Shown here: one piece after another, positions 19,869 through 29,990 of the stretch
Layout: every line of letters starts with the position of its first letter
How positions within the stretch are numbered: the stretch's first letter is position 1
Source of the DNA: an uncultured SAR86 cluster bacterium
Lineage (GTDB): Bacteria > Pseudomonadota > Gammaproteobacteria > Magnimaribacterales > AG-339-G14
Length of the DNA stretch: 64,000 bases
Reading direction: 5' to 3'
NCBI GenBank assembly: GCA_902596665.1
Contig: CACJUN010000003.1
Span: forward strand, 71,756-135,755
Made by a program: the position numbers and the translations under genes
Notes under the pieces: generated by a model
Database searches by the model: none
What the model saw: only the letters and a program-made list of their open reading frames with translations
Told to the model about the DNA's origin: nothing

Positions 19869-21134
19869 ATGAATCCATATAGGTTACTTTTCTTTTTGAC
19901 GCTACTGAATCTTTTAAATTTTGTGGACCGTCAACTTATTGCCAGCTTCGCAAATTTTATTGTTCCTGACCTAGGCTTAACTGATTGGCAGTACGGTATT
20001 TTAACTGGATTAGCTTTTGTCTTTTTTTATTCAATCATGGGATTGTTCATGGGAACGCTGGCAGATAAGTACAACAGACCAAGATTAATTGGTTTTGGGG
20101 TTCTGCTGTGGAGTGTTTTTACCGCGTTTACAGGTGCCGCTAAAGGATTTATAAGCATGGCTATTCCTAGAGCCTTCATTGGAGTCGGAGAATCAATCTT
20201 AACGCCAACATCCATGTCCATGCTTTCAGATAGCTTTCCAGCAAATAGGATGGGTTTTGCTGCCGGAGTCTATTATATGGGTGTTCCTATCGGAGTTGGG
20301 ATAAGTCTCCTTATAGTAGGGTTTCTTGGTGAGCCTCTAGGATGGAGAAATTGTTTTTACATTTTGGGAGGTATCGGAGCAGTTTTGGGGATCATTGCAT
20401 TTTTCTTTAAAGATCGCCCAAGAAAACATCTTATCGATAATCCAAATGAGGTTAATCTCTCTTTTTCAGAGATAGTTTCTACTTTAAGACAAGCCTTGAC
20501 CTCTTCTAATGCATTAATCTTAACCATAGCAGGAGGAGTTCTTTATCATGTAGCACTGGGAGCAGCAGTTTTTGAACAACTTTGGTATGCTCAGGAAAGA
20601 GGTTTCGAAAGATCAGAAATTGCTCAACTAACTGGGATCATTGGTGTGGTTGCGGGTCTTGCTGGAAACTTGTTTGGTGGTTTAATGAGCGACTGGTGGC
20701 TGAGAACTTTCAATCAAGGTCGTCCAATGTTTCTTTTTTGGCTCACTCTGTTGCTATTACCTCTTGGAATAATTTATAGATTCGTAGAACCAAATACTTT
20801 TATTTTTTGGCTGGGAGTTGTCATCGGTTATTTCCAACTAGGATGTTTTTATGGCCCTACCTTTTCAACTGTTCAGGAGCTTGTGCCGCCAAAAATAAGA
20901 GCTACTGTAGTAGCATTTTATATTTTATGCCTTAACCTTATAGGTCTTACATTTGGCTCTTTAGGAGGTGGAATCTTTACTGATCTTTTGAGATCATTTG
21001 ATGTGGCTGAACCATATACAATAATGCTTGTTACTTTCTCCTTGATCGCTGGATTAGCTATACCTTGCTATTATTTTGGTGGCAAAATTTATGAATCAGA
21101 TAGAAAAAGACTTTTGGAAGAATTTAACAATTGA
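19869..21134 (+). CDS. MFS transporter (Spinster-like subfamily)
   Basis: 421 aa with about 12 hydrophobic segments. The N-terminal LLNFVDRQ and LADKYNRPR motifs are typical of MFS_1/Spns-like proteins. Confidence 0.88.
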   Translation: MNPYRLLFFLTLLNLLNFVDRQLIASFANFIVPDLGLTDWQYGILTGLAFVFFYSIMGLFMGTLADKYNRPRLIGFGVLLWSVFTAFTGAAKGFISMAIPRAFIGVGESILTPTSMSMLSDSFPANRMGFAAGVYYMGVPIGVGISLLIVGFLGEPLGWRNCFYILGGIGAVLGIIAFFFKDRPRKHLIDNPNEVNLSFSEIVSTLRQALTSSNALILTIAGGVLYHVALGAAVFEQLWYAQERGFERSEIAQLTGIIGVVAGLAGNLFGGLMSDWWLRTFNQGRPMFLFWLTLLLLPLGIIYRFVEPNTFIFWLGVVIGYFQLGCFYGPTFSTVQELVPPKIRATVVAFYILCLNLIGLTFGSLGGGIFTDLLRSFDVAEPYTIMLVTFSLIAGLAIPCYYFGGKIYESDRKRLLEEFNN

Positions 21135-22285
21135 AATTAAAAGATTGTCATAACATTAGCGATTTAAGAAAAGCTGCAGAAAAAAGATTGCCAGCAGCAA
21201 TGTTCCATTACATTGATGGTGCTGCAGGAGATGAATGGACAATAAAACACAATACGAATTCCTTTGAACAATACGAAGTGATCCCGAATTATTTAGTTGA
21301 TGTAGATAAAATTGATACTTCAACAAAGGTTCTTGGGACACAGATTGATTGGCCATACATATGCTCGCCCACCGGCTATCACAGATTATTTCATCACGAA
21401 GGTGAAATAGCAGCAGCGAATGCTGCAAGTGATATGGGTACAATTTTTTGCCTCTCTACCCTTTCAACAACTACTATCGAAGAGGTTGCAGAAAAATCTA
21501 AAGGTCCTAAAGTTTTTCAAATTTACGTTCTGAAGGACAGAAGTATCTCAGTCGAATACATTGAAAGATGTAAAGCTGCTAATTACGATGCTCTCTGCTT
21601 GACTATCGATGTTCCTGTTAATGGCAGACGAGAAAGAGATCTACGCACGGGCATGACCGTGCCACCAAAATTAACTCTGAAGTCTTACCTAAATATTGCC
21701 AGTAAATTTGATTGGACATTGAATTATCTTACTCATCCCCCCACGCCATCCATGGTTAATATTGAGCATAGGTTGAAAGATGCTGCTAACGATATTTCTG
21801 TAATGGATTTTATGAACAGTCAGTTTGATAGGACCGTTACTTGGAAAGATGCAGAGTGGATGATAGGTCAATGGGATAAGGCTTTTGCGGTCAAAGGAAT
21901 TTTATCTGTAGAAGATGCTAAACGGGCAAAGGATATTGGTGCTTCAGCAATAATGATTTCAAATCATGGAGGAAGACAACTGGATGGATGTCCAGCGCCA
22001 TTTGAAATGTTGAAAGAAATTAGAGATGCTGTTGGAGACTCTATTGAGATTATAGTTGATGGTGGCATCAGAAGAGGGATTCATGTCATAAAAGCTCTCG
22101 CCATGGGAGCTAATGCTTGCATGGGGGGTAGACCTTACCTTTATGGACTATCTGTGGGAGGCTACAACGGAGCTAAATATGCGTTACAACTTTTAAAAGA
22201 TGAAGTTGAACAAAGCATGATCCTAACAGGAGTTAAAAACGTTAATGAATTAAATAGATCTTTTTTGAGGAGGCCCGGAGAATGA
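21131..22285 (+). CDS. FMN-dependent alpha-hydroxy acid oxidase/dehydrogenase (LldD/glycolate-oxidase family)
   Basis: 384 aa whose N-terminus parallels LldD (DLRKAAEKRLPAAMFHYIDGAAGDE). It also has SNHGGRQLDG and DGGIRRG. The TTG start overlaps the MFS stop (TTGA). Confidence 0.9.
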   Translation: MKLKDCHNISDLRKAAEKRLPAAMFHYIDGAAGDEWTIKHNTNSFEQYEVIPNYLVDVDKIDTSTKVLGTQIDWPYICSPTGYHRLFHHEGEIAAANAASDMGTIFCLSTLSTTTIEEVAEKSKGPKVFQIYVLKDRSISVEYIERCKAANYDALCLTIDVPVNGRRERDLRTGMTVPPKLTLKSYLNIASKFDWTLNYLTHPPTPSMVNIEHRLKDAANDISVMDFMNSQFDRTVTWKDAEWMIGQWDKAFAVKGILSVEDAKRAKDIGASAIMISNHGGRQLDGCPAPFEMLKEIRDAVGDSIEIIVDGGIRRGIHVIKALAMGANACMGGRPYLYGLSVGGYNGAKYALQLLKDEVEQSMILTGVKNVNELNRSFLRRPGE

Positions 22286-24423
22286 AGATTAGATTACTGA
22301 TTATTTTAGCTTTGTTAAATCTTAATGTCTTTGCTGTTGAGGGTATGTGGGAACCTTCTCAAATGGGCAATTTAAAAAAGGAGTTAAAAAATACAGGGTA
22401 TTCTGGAGACGCAGATAATCTAACAGATTTATTTTCTTTCCCGCTTAATGCAATAGTAAGTCTTGGTGGATGCTCTGCATCGTTTGTCTCTCCAGAAGGT
22501 CTTATTGCAACGAATTACCATTGTATCGAAGGGTCATATTTACAATTTAACTCTTCCGAAAAGGAGAATTTGTTCGAAACCGGATTTGTTGCTAGAAGAA
22601 AATCAGAGGAAAAACCTTCTGCACCTGGGTCAAGTGCTTATGTCACTCAAAGCATCACCAATGTAACCAAGGCTGTGTTGAGACAAACAGAAAACCTTAA
22701 AGATGATCTTGATAGATACAATAAAATTGAAAGTAATAAAAAAAGCATCATTGAAGAATGCGAGACAAGCGATGAGATAAGATGCAATGTCAGATCATTT
22801 TTCAGCGGAGAGACTTATCAATTAGAAAAAAGATTAAAAATAAGAGATGTCCGATTGGTCTACGCTCCACCTGCTTCGATAGGTGAGTACGGCGGCGAGA
22901 TAGATAATTGGATGTTCCCAAGACATACAGGGGATTTTGCCTTGTTGCGAGCTTATGTGGCTCCAGATGGTAGCAGCAAAGAATTTGCTAAACAAAATAA
23001 ACCATATAAATCCAAGAACTATTTAAAGATATCAGCAAAAGGAGTTCAAGAAGGAGATTTTGTTATGGTTGCCGGATATCCAGGCACAACCAACAGGTTG
23101 CTTACATATAACGAAGTGGAATTTGATATTGAGGAAGGATTTAAAGGTTTCGTTAATTTTTTAAAGTCTGGGATAGACATAATGAGATCTTCTACGAAAG
23201 ATGAAGATGGTTCTTCTTTAAAATATAGAGGATTAATTAGCGGTTATGAGAATTATTATAAAAAAATATCAGGACAAATAGATGGTGCAGAGTCATTCAA
23301 AGTTCAAGACAAAGCTAATTCTGATTGGTTAGGTTTCTTAGATTATTTAAATGAAAAAGGCTCAAAACAAGAAAAGGAGTCTTTAGGTTCGCTTCTTTCT
23401 TTGATTAGTGATCAAAAGGCAGAAGAGTTACCTAATTATTATTATGGAAATTCAAGAATGATTTCTACCGCTCAAAGAATTTACAGATACGCCTATGAAA
23501 GAACCAAACCAAATGATCAGCGAGAAATTGGCTTCCAAGAGAGAGATCATGAAAATATTGTGAATGGAATTAAATCTCTTGATTATCGTCTTGATAAAAG
23601 AGTTGATAAAGAAATTTTTATTAACCGACTTGAAAAATATAGAACTTTTGACAGAAATTTAAGAAGGCCACAATTTAGCAATTATTTTCTACTAGATGCA
23701 GACTTTAAAAACTCTAAAAAAATTGTTGAAGATATCTACTCACAAAAATCATTATTGGATTCTGCTGAAGATAGACTTTCCTTGATTGACTTATCTCTAG
23801 ATGAACTCCATTCAATTGAAGATCCTTTCATTAACATTGCAAGGATTCTTTTTGATGAGCAAATGGAGTATGAAAACATTGCTAAGTCTGAAGCAAGCGA
23901 AAAACAAAGACTCAAATCAACTTTCATAAAATCGTTAAGAAAATATTACAAAAGTATTGGAAAGTCATTGTACTCAGATGCTAACGGTACCCTCAGAATT
24001 ACCTTTGGTAACGTTAAGGGAGTATCTCTAGAAGACGGCATTACCTATGGTCCATTTACGCGTTTAGAAGGTATTAATAAAAAACATAGTGGAGAGGAGC
24101 CTTTTAATGCTCCAGATAAGCTAATGGATTTAATCTCTCAAAAAAATTATGGAAGATATGAGTTGGAATCCTTAGGTTCTGTTCCGGTGAATTTTTTGTG
24201 CGATCTTGATATTACAAATGGAAATTCTGGGTCAGCCACGCTAAACGCTAAAGGCGAGTTGGTAGGTCTTGCTTTTGATGGGATGCTTCAGACGATTATC
24301 GCTGACTATAAATATATTCCAGAGGCGAGAACTATATCCGTAGATTCAAGGTACTTTCTTTGGACTTTAGAGAAGTTTGATGAAGCTAGAAATATTCTTG
24401 AAGAGTTATCGCTTGAATACTAA
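22282..24423 (+). CDS. S46 family dipeptidyl-peptidase (DPP7/DPP11-like), secreted
   Basis: 713 aa with a signal peptide followed by EGMW. The catalytic His context is ATNYHC and the catalytic Ser is in NGNSGS. It has an ATGA overlap with the upstream gene. Confidence 0.9.
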   Translation: MKIRLLIILALLNLNVFAVEGMWEPSQMGNLKKELKNTGYSGDADNLTDLFSFPLNAIVSLGGCSASFVSPEGLIATNYHCIEGSYLQFNSSEKENLFETGFVARRKSEEKPSAPGSSAYVTQSITNVTKAVLRQTENLKDDLDRYNKIESNKKSIIEECETSDEIRCNVRSFFSGETYQLEKRLKIRDVRLVYAPPASIGEYGGEIDNWMFPRHTGDFALLRAYVAPDGSSKEFAKQNKPYKSKNYLKISAKGVQEGDFVMVAGYPGTTNRLLTYNEVEFDIEEGFKGFVNFLKSGIDIMRSSTKDEDGSSLKYRGLISGYENYYKKISGQIDGAESFKVQDKANSDWLGFLDYLNEKGSKQEKESLGSLLSLISDQKAEELPNYYYGNSRMISTAQRIYRYAYERTKPNDQREIGFQERDHENIVNGIKSLDYRLDKRVDKEIFINRLEKYRTFDRNLRRPQFSNYFLLDADFKNSKKIVEDIYSQKSLLDSAEDRLSLIDLSLDELHSIEDPFINIARILFDEQMEYENIAKSEASEKQRLKSTFIKSLRKYYKSIGKSLYSDANGTLRITFGNVKGVSLEDGITYGPFTRLEGINKKHSGEEPFNAPDKLMDLISQKNYGRYELESLGSVPVNFLCDLDITNGNSGSATLNAKGELVGLAFDGMLQTIIADYKYIPEARTISVDSRYFLWTLEKFDEARNILEELSLEY

Positions 24424-26321
24424 GAAATGACTGTGCTTTTAACAGGCTTGTTTCTTGCAGCCCAAACAAGTCTAAGGAATTTGACAATAAATAACCTAAC
24501 AGTTCGATCGTAAAAAGATATCTTTTCTTTAGTATCTTTAGCCTCTGATGTTTGCTTCCCTCTTATCACTTGACCTGGAAGAGTTCCGGTCGCTTGGCCA
24601 TTCTCATAAACAACCTCACCACTTTTGATAGTTGCTAAATAACCAAAGGATTCCTGAACAAGCCTTTTCCCTCCTTTGGGTAGATCAAAGATCATTTTTG
24701 GAAGAGAGACATTTAATTTTTCGAAATCAATAATATTGATATCTGCAATCATCCCAGTTTTGATTTCTCCCCTATCAAATAGCCCATAAGTTTCAGCAGT
24801 GTCTTTTGTCTGTTTTCTAATGATGAGCTCTAAAGGAATTTTATTGCCTGCTGATCTATCTCTTGCCCAATGAGATAAATTTGTTGTGGGCATGCTTGCG
24901 TCACAAATAAGGCCGCAATGCGCTCCTCCATCACTCCCACCAGCCACAGACGACTTAAGTTTATAGAATGTTTCAACGAACTTAAGTTTATGATTTTCAT
25001 AAGGGGTGAAACATGCGTAAATTAAGCTTTTACCGTCATCTTTTATCAATTCGTCGTAAATAACCTCTTCTTCTGACTGGTTTCTCTGTTCAGCTAAGTA
25101 AGCAATACTATCTTCTCGCGTTGGTTCGTAATTAGGAGGATCACTTAAAATAAATTGAGTTTCATAGTTAGAGATTAGTTTTTTACCTATTTCCGCTTCA
25201 GCTTTAATTTCTTCTTTAGTCTTATTAGATTTTTGTTCTTTAGCAGCTTTCTGTAAATCTTCTCTAAAGCTTGGCGACTCATTTAAAATTTTTTGCTTAA
25301 AAGTAGGATCCCTCATGATTGACAATCTTTCGTTAAGAGGAAGATGAGAAATATCTTTGTAGGAAGGATGACCTATAAATGGATGCAAAGAACTTTCTAG
25401 ACCAAACATAAGTCCCACGTTTCTTCCTGGGAACTGAGGTCGAACATTTTTACCTTTAAGAAACTGTTCTTCGCAGTAAAGAATGGTTTTAACGGAGTCG
25501 CCATTTGTTTGAAGAACAGTTAAACCGCAATCAGACTTTTCAACGTATTCTTTCATCCATGACATTTCTATTTCTTGGTCCAGCCAATCAGAAACAATTT
25601 CTAAAGTACCCTCACCTGCGCGGTCCACTGCAAAAGCAAGTTCCTTCATTTCTTCTGAGCTTGCTTCTGTGCCAGGCACATAAACACCATGAATGTCCCT
25701 GTGTAAGATAGTTCTAGATGTACTAAATCCTAATGCACCAGCATTGATTGCTTTTTCTACTATTTCTGACATTTGGTTGATTTCGTCTTTAGATGCATCA
25801 ACTTGGTTTTGACATCTGTCGTAGCCCATCACATAACTTCTTACTGGCCCATGTCCAATCATAAATCCTAAATCCATTACAAATTCTTTTCTTTCTATTG
25901 CATCTAGAAATTCAGGAAAAGTTTCCCACTCCCAATCAATGCCTTCATGCAGTGCGGTACCTGGGATGTCCTCAACACCCTCCATAAGTTGAATAAGGAA
26001 ATTTTCATCTCCTGGTTTCACGGGTGCGAACCCAACTCCACAGTTGCCCATAACAACTGTAGTTACACCATGCCAGCTCGAAGGAGTTAAATAAGGATCC
26101 CAACAAACTTGTCCATCGTAGTGTGTATGAATATCTACCCACCCAGGAGAAACAAGGTTTCCATCAGCATCAATTTCTTTTTTACCTGAGTTAATGACTT
26201 CACCGACTTTGGTAATTTTTCCATCATCAATTGCAATATCACCAAGAAAAGGTTTTTTCCCGGATCCATCTACTATGTTGCCATTTCTAATAACTAAATC
26301 GTGTATGTGCATTTCTCTCAT
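24420..26321 (-). CDS. N-acyl-D-amino-acid deacylase family amidohydrolase
   Basis: 633 aa with a metal-binding N-terminus (DLVIRNGNIVDGSG...PGWVDIHTHYDGQ) and a C-terminal GGSDGGAH. Its stop overlaps the S46 peptidase stop region by 4 nt. Confidence 0.85.
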   Translation of the reverse strand: MREMHIHDLVIRNGNIVDGSGKKPFLGDIAIDDGKITKVGEVINSGKKEIDADGNLVSPGWVDIHTHYDGQVCWDPYLTPSSWHGVTTVVMGNCGVGFAPVKPGDENFLIQLMEGVEDIPGTALHEGIDWEWETFPEFLDAIERKEFVMDLGFMIGHGPVRSYVMGYDRCQNQVDASKDEINQMSEIVEKAINAGALGFSTSRTILHRDIHGVYVPGTEASSEEMKELAFAVDRAGEGTLEIVSDWLDQEIEMSWMKEYVEKSDCGLTVLQTNGDSVKTILYCEEQFLKGKNVRPQFPGRNVGLMFGLESSLHPFIGHPSYKDISHLPLNERLSIMRDPTFKQKILNESPSFREDLQKAAKEQKSNKTKEEIKAEAEIGKKLISNYETQFILSDPPNYEPTREDSIAYLAEQRNQSEEEVIYDELIKDDGKSLIYACFTPYENHKLKFVETFYKLKSSVAGGSDGGAHCGLICDASMPTTNLSHWARDRSAGNKIPLELIIRKQTKDTAETYGLFDRGEIKTGMIADINIIDFEKLNVSLPKMIFDLPKGGKRLVQESFGYLATIKSGEVVYENGQATGTLPGQVIRGKQTSEAKDTKEKISFYDRTVRLFIVKFLRLVWAARNKPVKSTVIS

Positions 26322-26363
26322 GGACTTATTATGTATCTGTAATGATGAAAATTGAAGTATTTT

Positions 26364-26439
26364 TGGTGGAGCCAGGCGGGATCGAACCGCCGACCTCCTG
26401 CGTGCAAAGCAGGCGCTCTCCCAGCTGAGCTATGGCCCC
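26364..26439 (-). tRNA. tRNA-Ala (anticodon TGC)
   Basis: The reverse complement reads GGGGCCATAGCTCAGCTGGGAGAGCGCCTGCTTTGCACGCAGGAGGTCGGCGGTTCGATCCCGCCTGGCTCCACCA. It has the G3:U70 identity pair and the anticodon loop TT-TGC-AC. Confidence 0.95.
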
Positions 26440-26502
26440 AAAAGAAGGGAGTAGATTAGAGAAAGATATAGGAAATGTCTAATGTTTTTATAAAAACAAA
26501 AA

Positions 26503-26519
26503 TGCTCTTTTTTAGAGCA
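26503..26519. promoter_or_regulatory. Perfect inverted repeat TGCTCT-N5-AGAGCA upstream of amt
   Basis: Read directly from the sequence at 26503..26519, 58 nt upstream of the amt ATG. A TATAAT follows at 26542..26547. On the minus strand it would read as a hairpin followed by TTTTTGTTTTT. Confidence 0.3.
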
Positions 26520-26576
26520 ATTTGCACTATTTTATTTCTAATATAATCCTTTTTGTTAATTTATTGGGAGGAATTA

Positions 26577-27785
26577 ATGGATTCTGGAAATACAGCGTGG
26601 ATTCTTACATCCACAGCACTAGTTTTGTTCATGACTATGCCAGGTTTAGCCCTATTTTATGGCGGTCTGGTTAGGTCTCAAAATATTCTATCGGTATTAA
26701 TGCAATGCTTTGCGATTGCTTGCTTGGCTTCTTTTGCATGGTTGTTTATGGCATACAGCATAGCTTTTTCCGAGGGATCTCGTTATTTTGGGGATTTAAG
26801 TCAAATGTTCTTGATGAATATGGCAAGAGATAGCCTTTCTGGAGATATTCCAGAATCTGCATTTTTTATGTTTCAAATGACATTTGCAATTATTACTCCA
26901 GCATTAATTGTAGGAGCTTATCCTGAAAGAATTAAATTCAGTTTTGTAATAGCTTTCTCATTTCTCTGGATTTTATTTGTTTATGCGCCAGTAACACATT
27001 GGATATGGGGTGGCGGCTGGTTGGCAGAAATGGGAGTTCTAGATTTTGCCGGCGGCTTGGTGGTGCACTTAACTGCTGGAACCACGGCGCTGATTCTAGC
27101 TTTCCTATTAGGACCCAGAGAAGGTTTTCCTAATCAAATAAAACCTCCTCATAATCCTGGGTTAACTATGATGGGAGCTTGTATGTTATGGGTTGGTTGG
27201 TTCGGCTTTAACGGTGGCAGCGCACTCGCTGCAAACCAAGATGCAGGGATGGCCATACTTGTAACTCATATTTCTGCTTCTGTAGCATCTTTGGTATGGA
27301 TGTTCATTGAATGGATTAAATTCGGAAAACCTAGTTTGGTTGGAATAGTAACAGGATCAATTGCAGGTCTCGCTTCAATTACACCTGCATCAGGATTTGT
27401 AGGTCCTATAGGAGCGGTCATTATTGGTTTAGTGTCTGGTTACCTTTGTTACGTTGCAGTTGGATTTGTTAAAAATGCCCTAAAAATTGATGACTCACTT
27501 GATGTATTTGCAGTTCATGGTCTTGGAGGAACTTTGGGAATACTTTTATTGCCTTTCCTAATTGGTTCAAATCTTGGCGGAGTTGGTCTTTCTGAAGGTC
27601 AGACTGTCATGAGTTTTTTCAATACTCAACTTACAGGCACAATTAGTGTTTTAATTTTCACTGCGATTATGACAGTGATAATTGCTTTGATCCTAAGATC
27701 ATTCTTTGGTTTAAGAGTAGATGACGATCAAATAGAAGAAGGTTTAGACCTATCCTCTCACGGTCAATCCGGATACAAATTATAA
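26577..27785 (+). CDS. amt: Ammonium transporter (Amt family)
   Basis: The start is placed at the ATG at 26577, preceded by the SD GGGAGG. Motifs are MDSGNTAWIL, DFAGGLVVHL, GWFGFNGGSAL and AVHGLGG. Confidence 0.95.
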   Translation: MDSGNTAWILTSTALVLFMTMPGLALFYGGLVRSQNILSVLMQCFAIACLASFAWLFMAYSIAFSEGSRYFGDLSQMFLMNMARDSLSGDIPESAFFMFQMTFAIITPALIVGAYPERIKFSFVIAFSFLWILFVYAPVTHWIWGGGWLAEMGVLDFAGGLVVHLTAGTTALILAFLLGPREGFPNQIKPPHNPGLTMMGACMLWVGWFGFNGGSALAANQDAGMAILVTHISASVASLVWMFIEWIKFGKPSLVGIVTGSIAGLASITPASGFVGPIGAVIIGLVSGYLCYVAVGFVKNALKIDDSLDVFAVHGLGGTLGILLLPFLIGSNLGGVGLSEGQTVMSFFNTQLTGTISVLIFTAIMTVIIALILRSFFGLRVDDDQIEEGLDLSSHGQSGYKL

Positions 27786-27792
27786 ATTTTTA

Positions 27793-28467
27793 TTAAGCAG
27801 GCAATGCATTAGAGATAGCTTCAAGGAGCGGTCTCTGATGCGCTTGCTTAGTTTTAGCATAATGAGGATGACCTAAACTAGCTAAATCTTCTGCTTTCTC
27901 CATTATTCTTTTTTCAAAATCTGAAGATGATGCTATTTCATCAAGTAGTCCGGCCTCAATACACTTGTCAAAAGGATAAGGATCAGCATGATAAAGAACA
28001 GAGTAAACATGCTTTTTATCGATTCTGCTTTCAGCAACTTCCATAATAGGAGAAGGAATATCCATGTTGTTTCTAACTTCGTTTGCCTGAGCAACAAATT
28101 CCCCTTCTAGAGCTATGCGGTAGTCTCCGCAACAAACAATAAAAATTCCCATGGCAATTGCATGCCCTGTAACAGCCATAATTATTGGTCTAGGAAAAGT
28201 ATATAGATCATGCATAGTTTTCATTCCTAAAGCAGTCATTTTTTGTGCCTTTTTCGCATCTCCACTTTGAAATGTTTTGAGATCAAATCCTGCTGAAAAA
28301 ATGCCTTCTCTTCCTCTTATAATTAATGCACCACTATCTTTGGAAACTTGATCTAGACAATTTTGTATAGATTCAAGCATTTCTAATGAAAAGACATTTA
28401 CCTTCCCATCATCCAATGTAATAGTTGAAATATCTCCTTCTTTGCTAAGGATTGCTGGTTCACTCAT
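27793..28467 (-). CDS. Enoyl-CoA hydratase/isomerase (crotonase) family protein
   Basis: 224 aa with a crotonase oxyanion-hole region (FSAGFDLK, AVTGHAIAMG). Confidence 0.85.
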   Translation of the reverse strand: MSEPAILSKEGDISTITLDDGKVNVFSLEMLESIQNCLDQVSKDSGALIIRGREGIFSAGFDLKTFQSGDAKKAQKMTALGMKTMHDLYTFPRPIIMAVTGHAIAMGIFIVCCGDYRIALEGEFVAQANEVRNNMDIPSPIMEVAESRIDKKHVYSVLYHADPYPFDKCIEAGLLDEIASSSDFEKRIMEKAEDLASLGHPHYAKTKQAHQRPLLEAISNALPA

Positions 28468-28483
28468 TTTTTCCTCCTGAAAA

Positions 28484-29065
28484 TTATATTAAATCACAAG
28501 CTGCGGGCGGCATCCAATGGGCATCTTTGCCATCCCACTTTATATTACATCCAATTGGGTTGGTAACTGGAACTGAAATGATACTTCCTCTTAGATAATC
28601 ATCAATTGCATTTTCCAAATCGTTTATTGTTGATTCAGATCCATTTCTTGGATTATCAATTCCTCTTCCTGTATAAATCAATGATCTGTCGGAATCAAAG
28701 ACAAAAAAATGAGGAGTTTTTAGAGCTCCATAATTAGTTGCAGTCTCTTGAGATTCATCGTGAAGATAGTCCCAGGGGAATTGATGCTCTTGCATTCGAG
28801 TTTGCATATTCTCAAAACTATCTTCTTCATAGGTATTTTTACTGTTTGAATTGATACATACCAACTTGATGCTCTCTCGATTGTACTTTTCAACAGTTTT
28901 ACGAGTGGTTTCATCGGAACCAATTACATAAGGACAATGATTACAAGTGAAAGAAATTATCAATAACTTATATTCACTGTAACTTGCTAGATCATGAAAC
29001 AAGTTGTCAGTTCCAAGAAGATTAAAATCTGGAGCTTTGTTGCCTATTTCTAATGTATAAGCCAA
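28484..29065 (-). CDS. Thioredoxin-fold (AhpC/TSA-redoxin-like) protein
   Basis: 193 aa with a CxxC-type centre (FTCNHCPYV) and a conserved C-terminal GCNIKW. Confidence 0.8.
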   Translation of the reverse strand: MAYTLEIGNKAPDFNLLGTDNLFHDLASYSEYKLLIISFTCNHCPYVIGSDETTRKTVEKYNRESIKLVCINSNSKNTYEEDSFENMQTRMQEHQFPWDYLHDESQETATNYGALKTPHFFVFDSDRSLIYTGRGIDNPRNGSESTINDLENAIDDYLRGSIISVPVTNPIGCNIKWDGKDAHWMPPAACDLI

Positions 29066-29072
29066 AGTAATA

Positions 29073-29990
29073 TCAAGTCAGCGGGTTAAAGGATATTTTT
29101 TCTGGAATGTCATCTGCACCGGGCATATTTTTAGCAATCATGAACGGTCTTAAAGCCTCTATAGCTTTTGGTTCATCGTGATGACAAATTTTTGGATACA
29201 TATGATGCATGATATGAATTTGCATTGAATGATTTAAAAACCTAGGTAATCCGTTTCTCCAGAATCTTGTATCGCTATGTCTTCCAATTTCGAGCCCATT
29301 ATGAGGCTCTCTTGAAAAAACTAATCCTAAATAAGAAGTGATAATCTTTAATGGAAGCCACCACAAAAAAAGAGTTTCCAAAGGAAAAAAGAAAGCTGTA
29401 ACCATTTGTGTTAAAACAATGAATAATTGAACCATAGATCCTCTATCTAAGCTTTTTTTGAATTCAGGATCTTTGTCACAATAGTCATTAACCATTTTTT
29501 CTATCCTTTCATCTGATCCCTGATTATGAACCCTCAAAGCTGCTTCAAACCATGAGTCAACATGCGTATGGAAGTAATCAGGGTCCTTTTCAGGATCATT
29601 TGTGTGAGCGTGATGTTTCATATGAAGAACTTTTAATAGTTCATGAGATCTTGCTAAAGGAATCAAGGAAATCTGACCCACAAAAGAATTAACCCACTCA
29701 AGGTTCTTATGGTTCCCTGATAGATGTCCGTGTTGGCCTGCATGAGATGGCAAATAGGCAAAAGATGTAGAAATTAGAGATATGAAAAAACCCAACCATA
29801 ATGGAATAGTTGATGAAATAACTAAATACCAGACAAGACACCATACAAAAAATTGCGTAAAGGCAATAACAATCATTTCCCACTCTATTCTTCCCATAAA
29901 AGCTCTAGCTATTTCTTTTTCTTGATCATGAGAGAGTTCAGAGGATTGGTAATCGTACATCTGGCTATCGGTCATACTATCCAGCCCCAT
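29073..29990 (-). CDS. Membrane fatty-acid desaturase family protein (three His boxes)
   Basis: 305 aa with His boxes HAGQHGH, HMKHHAHTNDPEKDPD and HIMHHMYP, plus hydrophobic helices. Confidence 0.85.
   Translation of the reverse strand: MGLDSMTDSQMYDYQSSELSHDQEKEIARAFMGRIEWEMIVIAFTQFFVWCLVWYLVISSTIPLWLGFFISLISTSFAYLPSHAGQHGHLSGNHKNLEWVNSFVGQISLIPLARSHELLKVLHMKHHAHTNDPEKDPDYFHTHVDSWFEAALRVHNQGSDERIEKMVNDYCDKDPEFKKSLDRGSMVQLFIVLTQMVTAFFFPLETLFLWWLPLKIITSYLGLVFSREPHNGLEIGRHSDTRFWRNGLPRFLNHSMQIHIMHHMYPKICHHDEPKAIEALRPFMIAKNMPGADDIPEKISFNPLT

Noticed and set aside
26495-26530. Possible sigma54 (-24/-12) promoter upstream of amt (…AGAGCAATTTGCAC…)
   Set aside because: There is no GG at the required distance from the GC of TTGCA, so the spacing does not fit TGGCAC-N5-TTGC.
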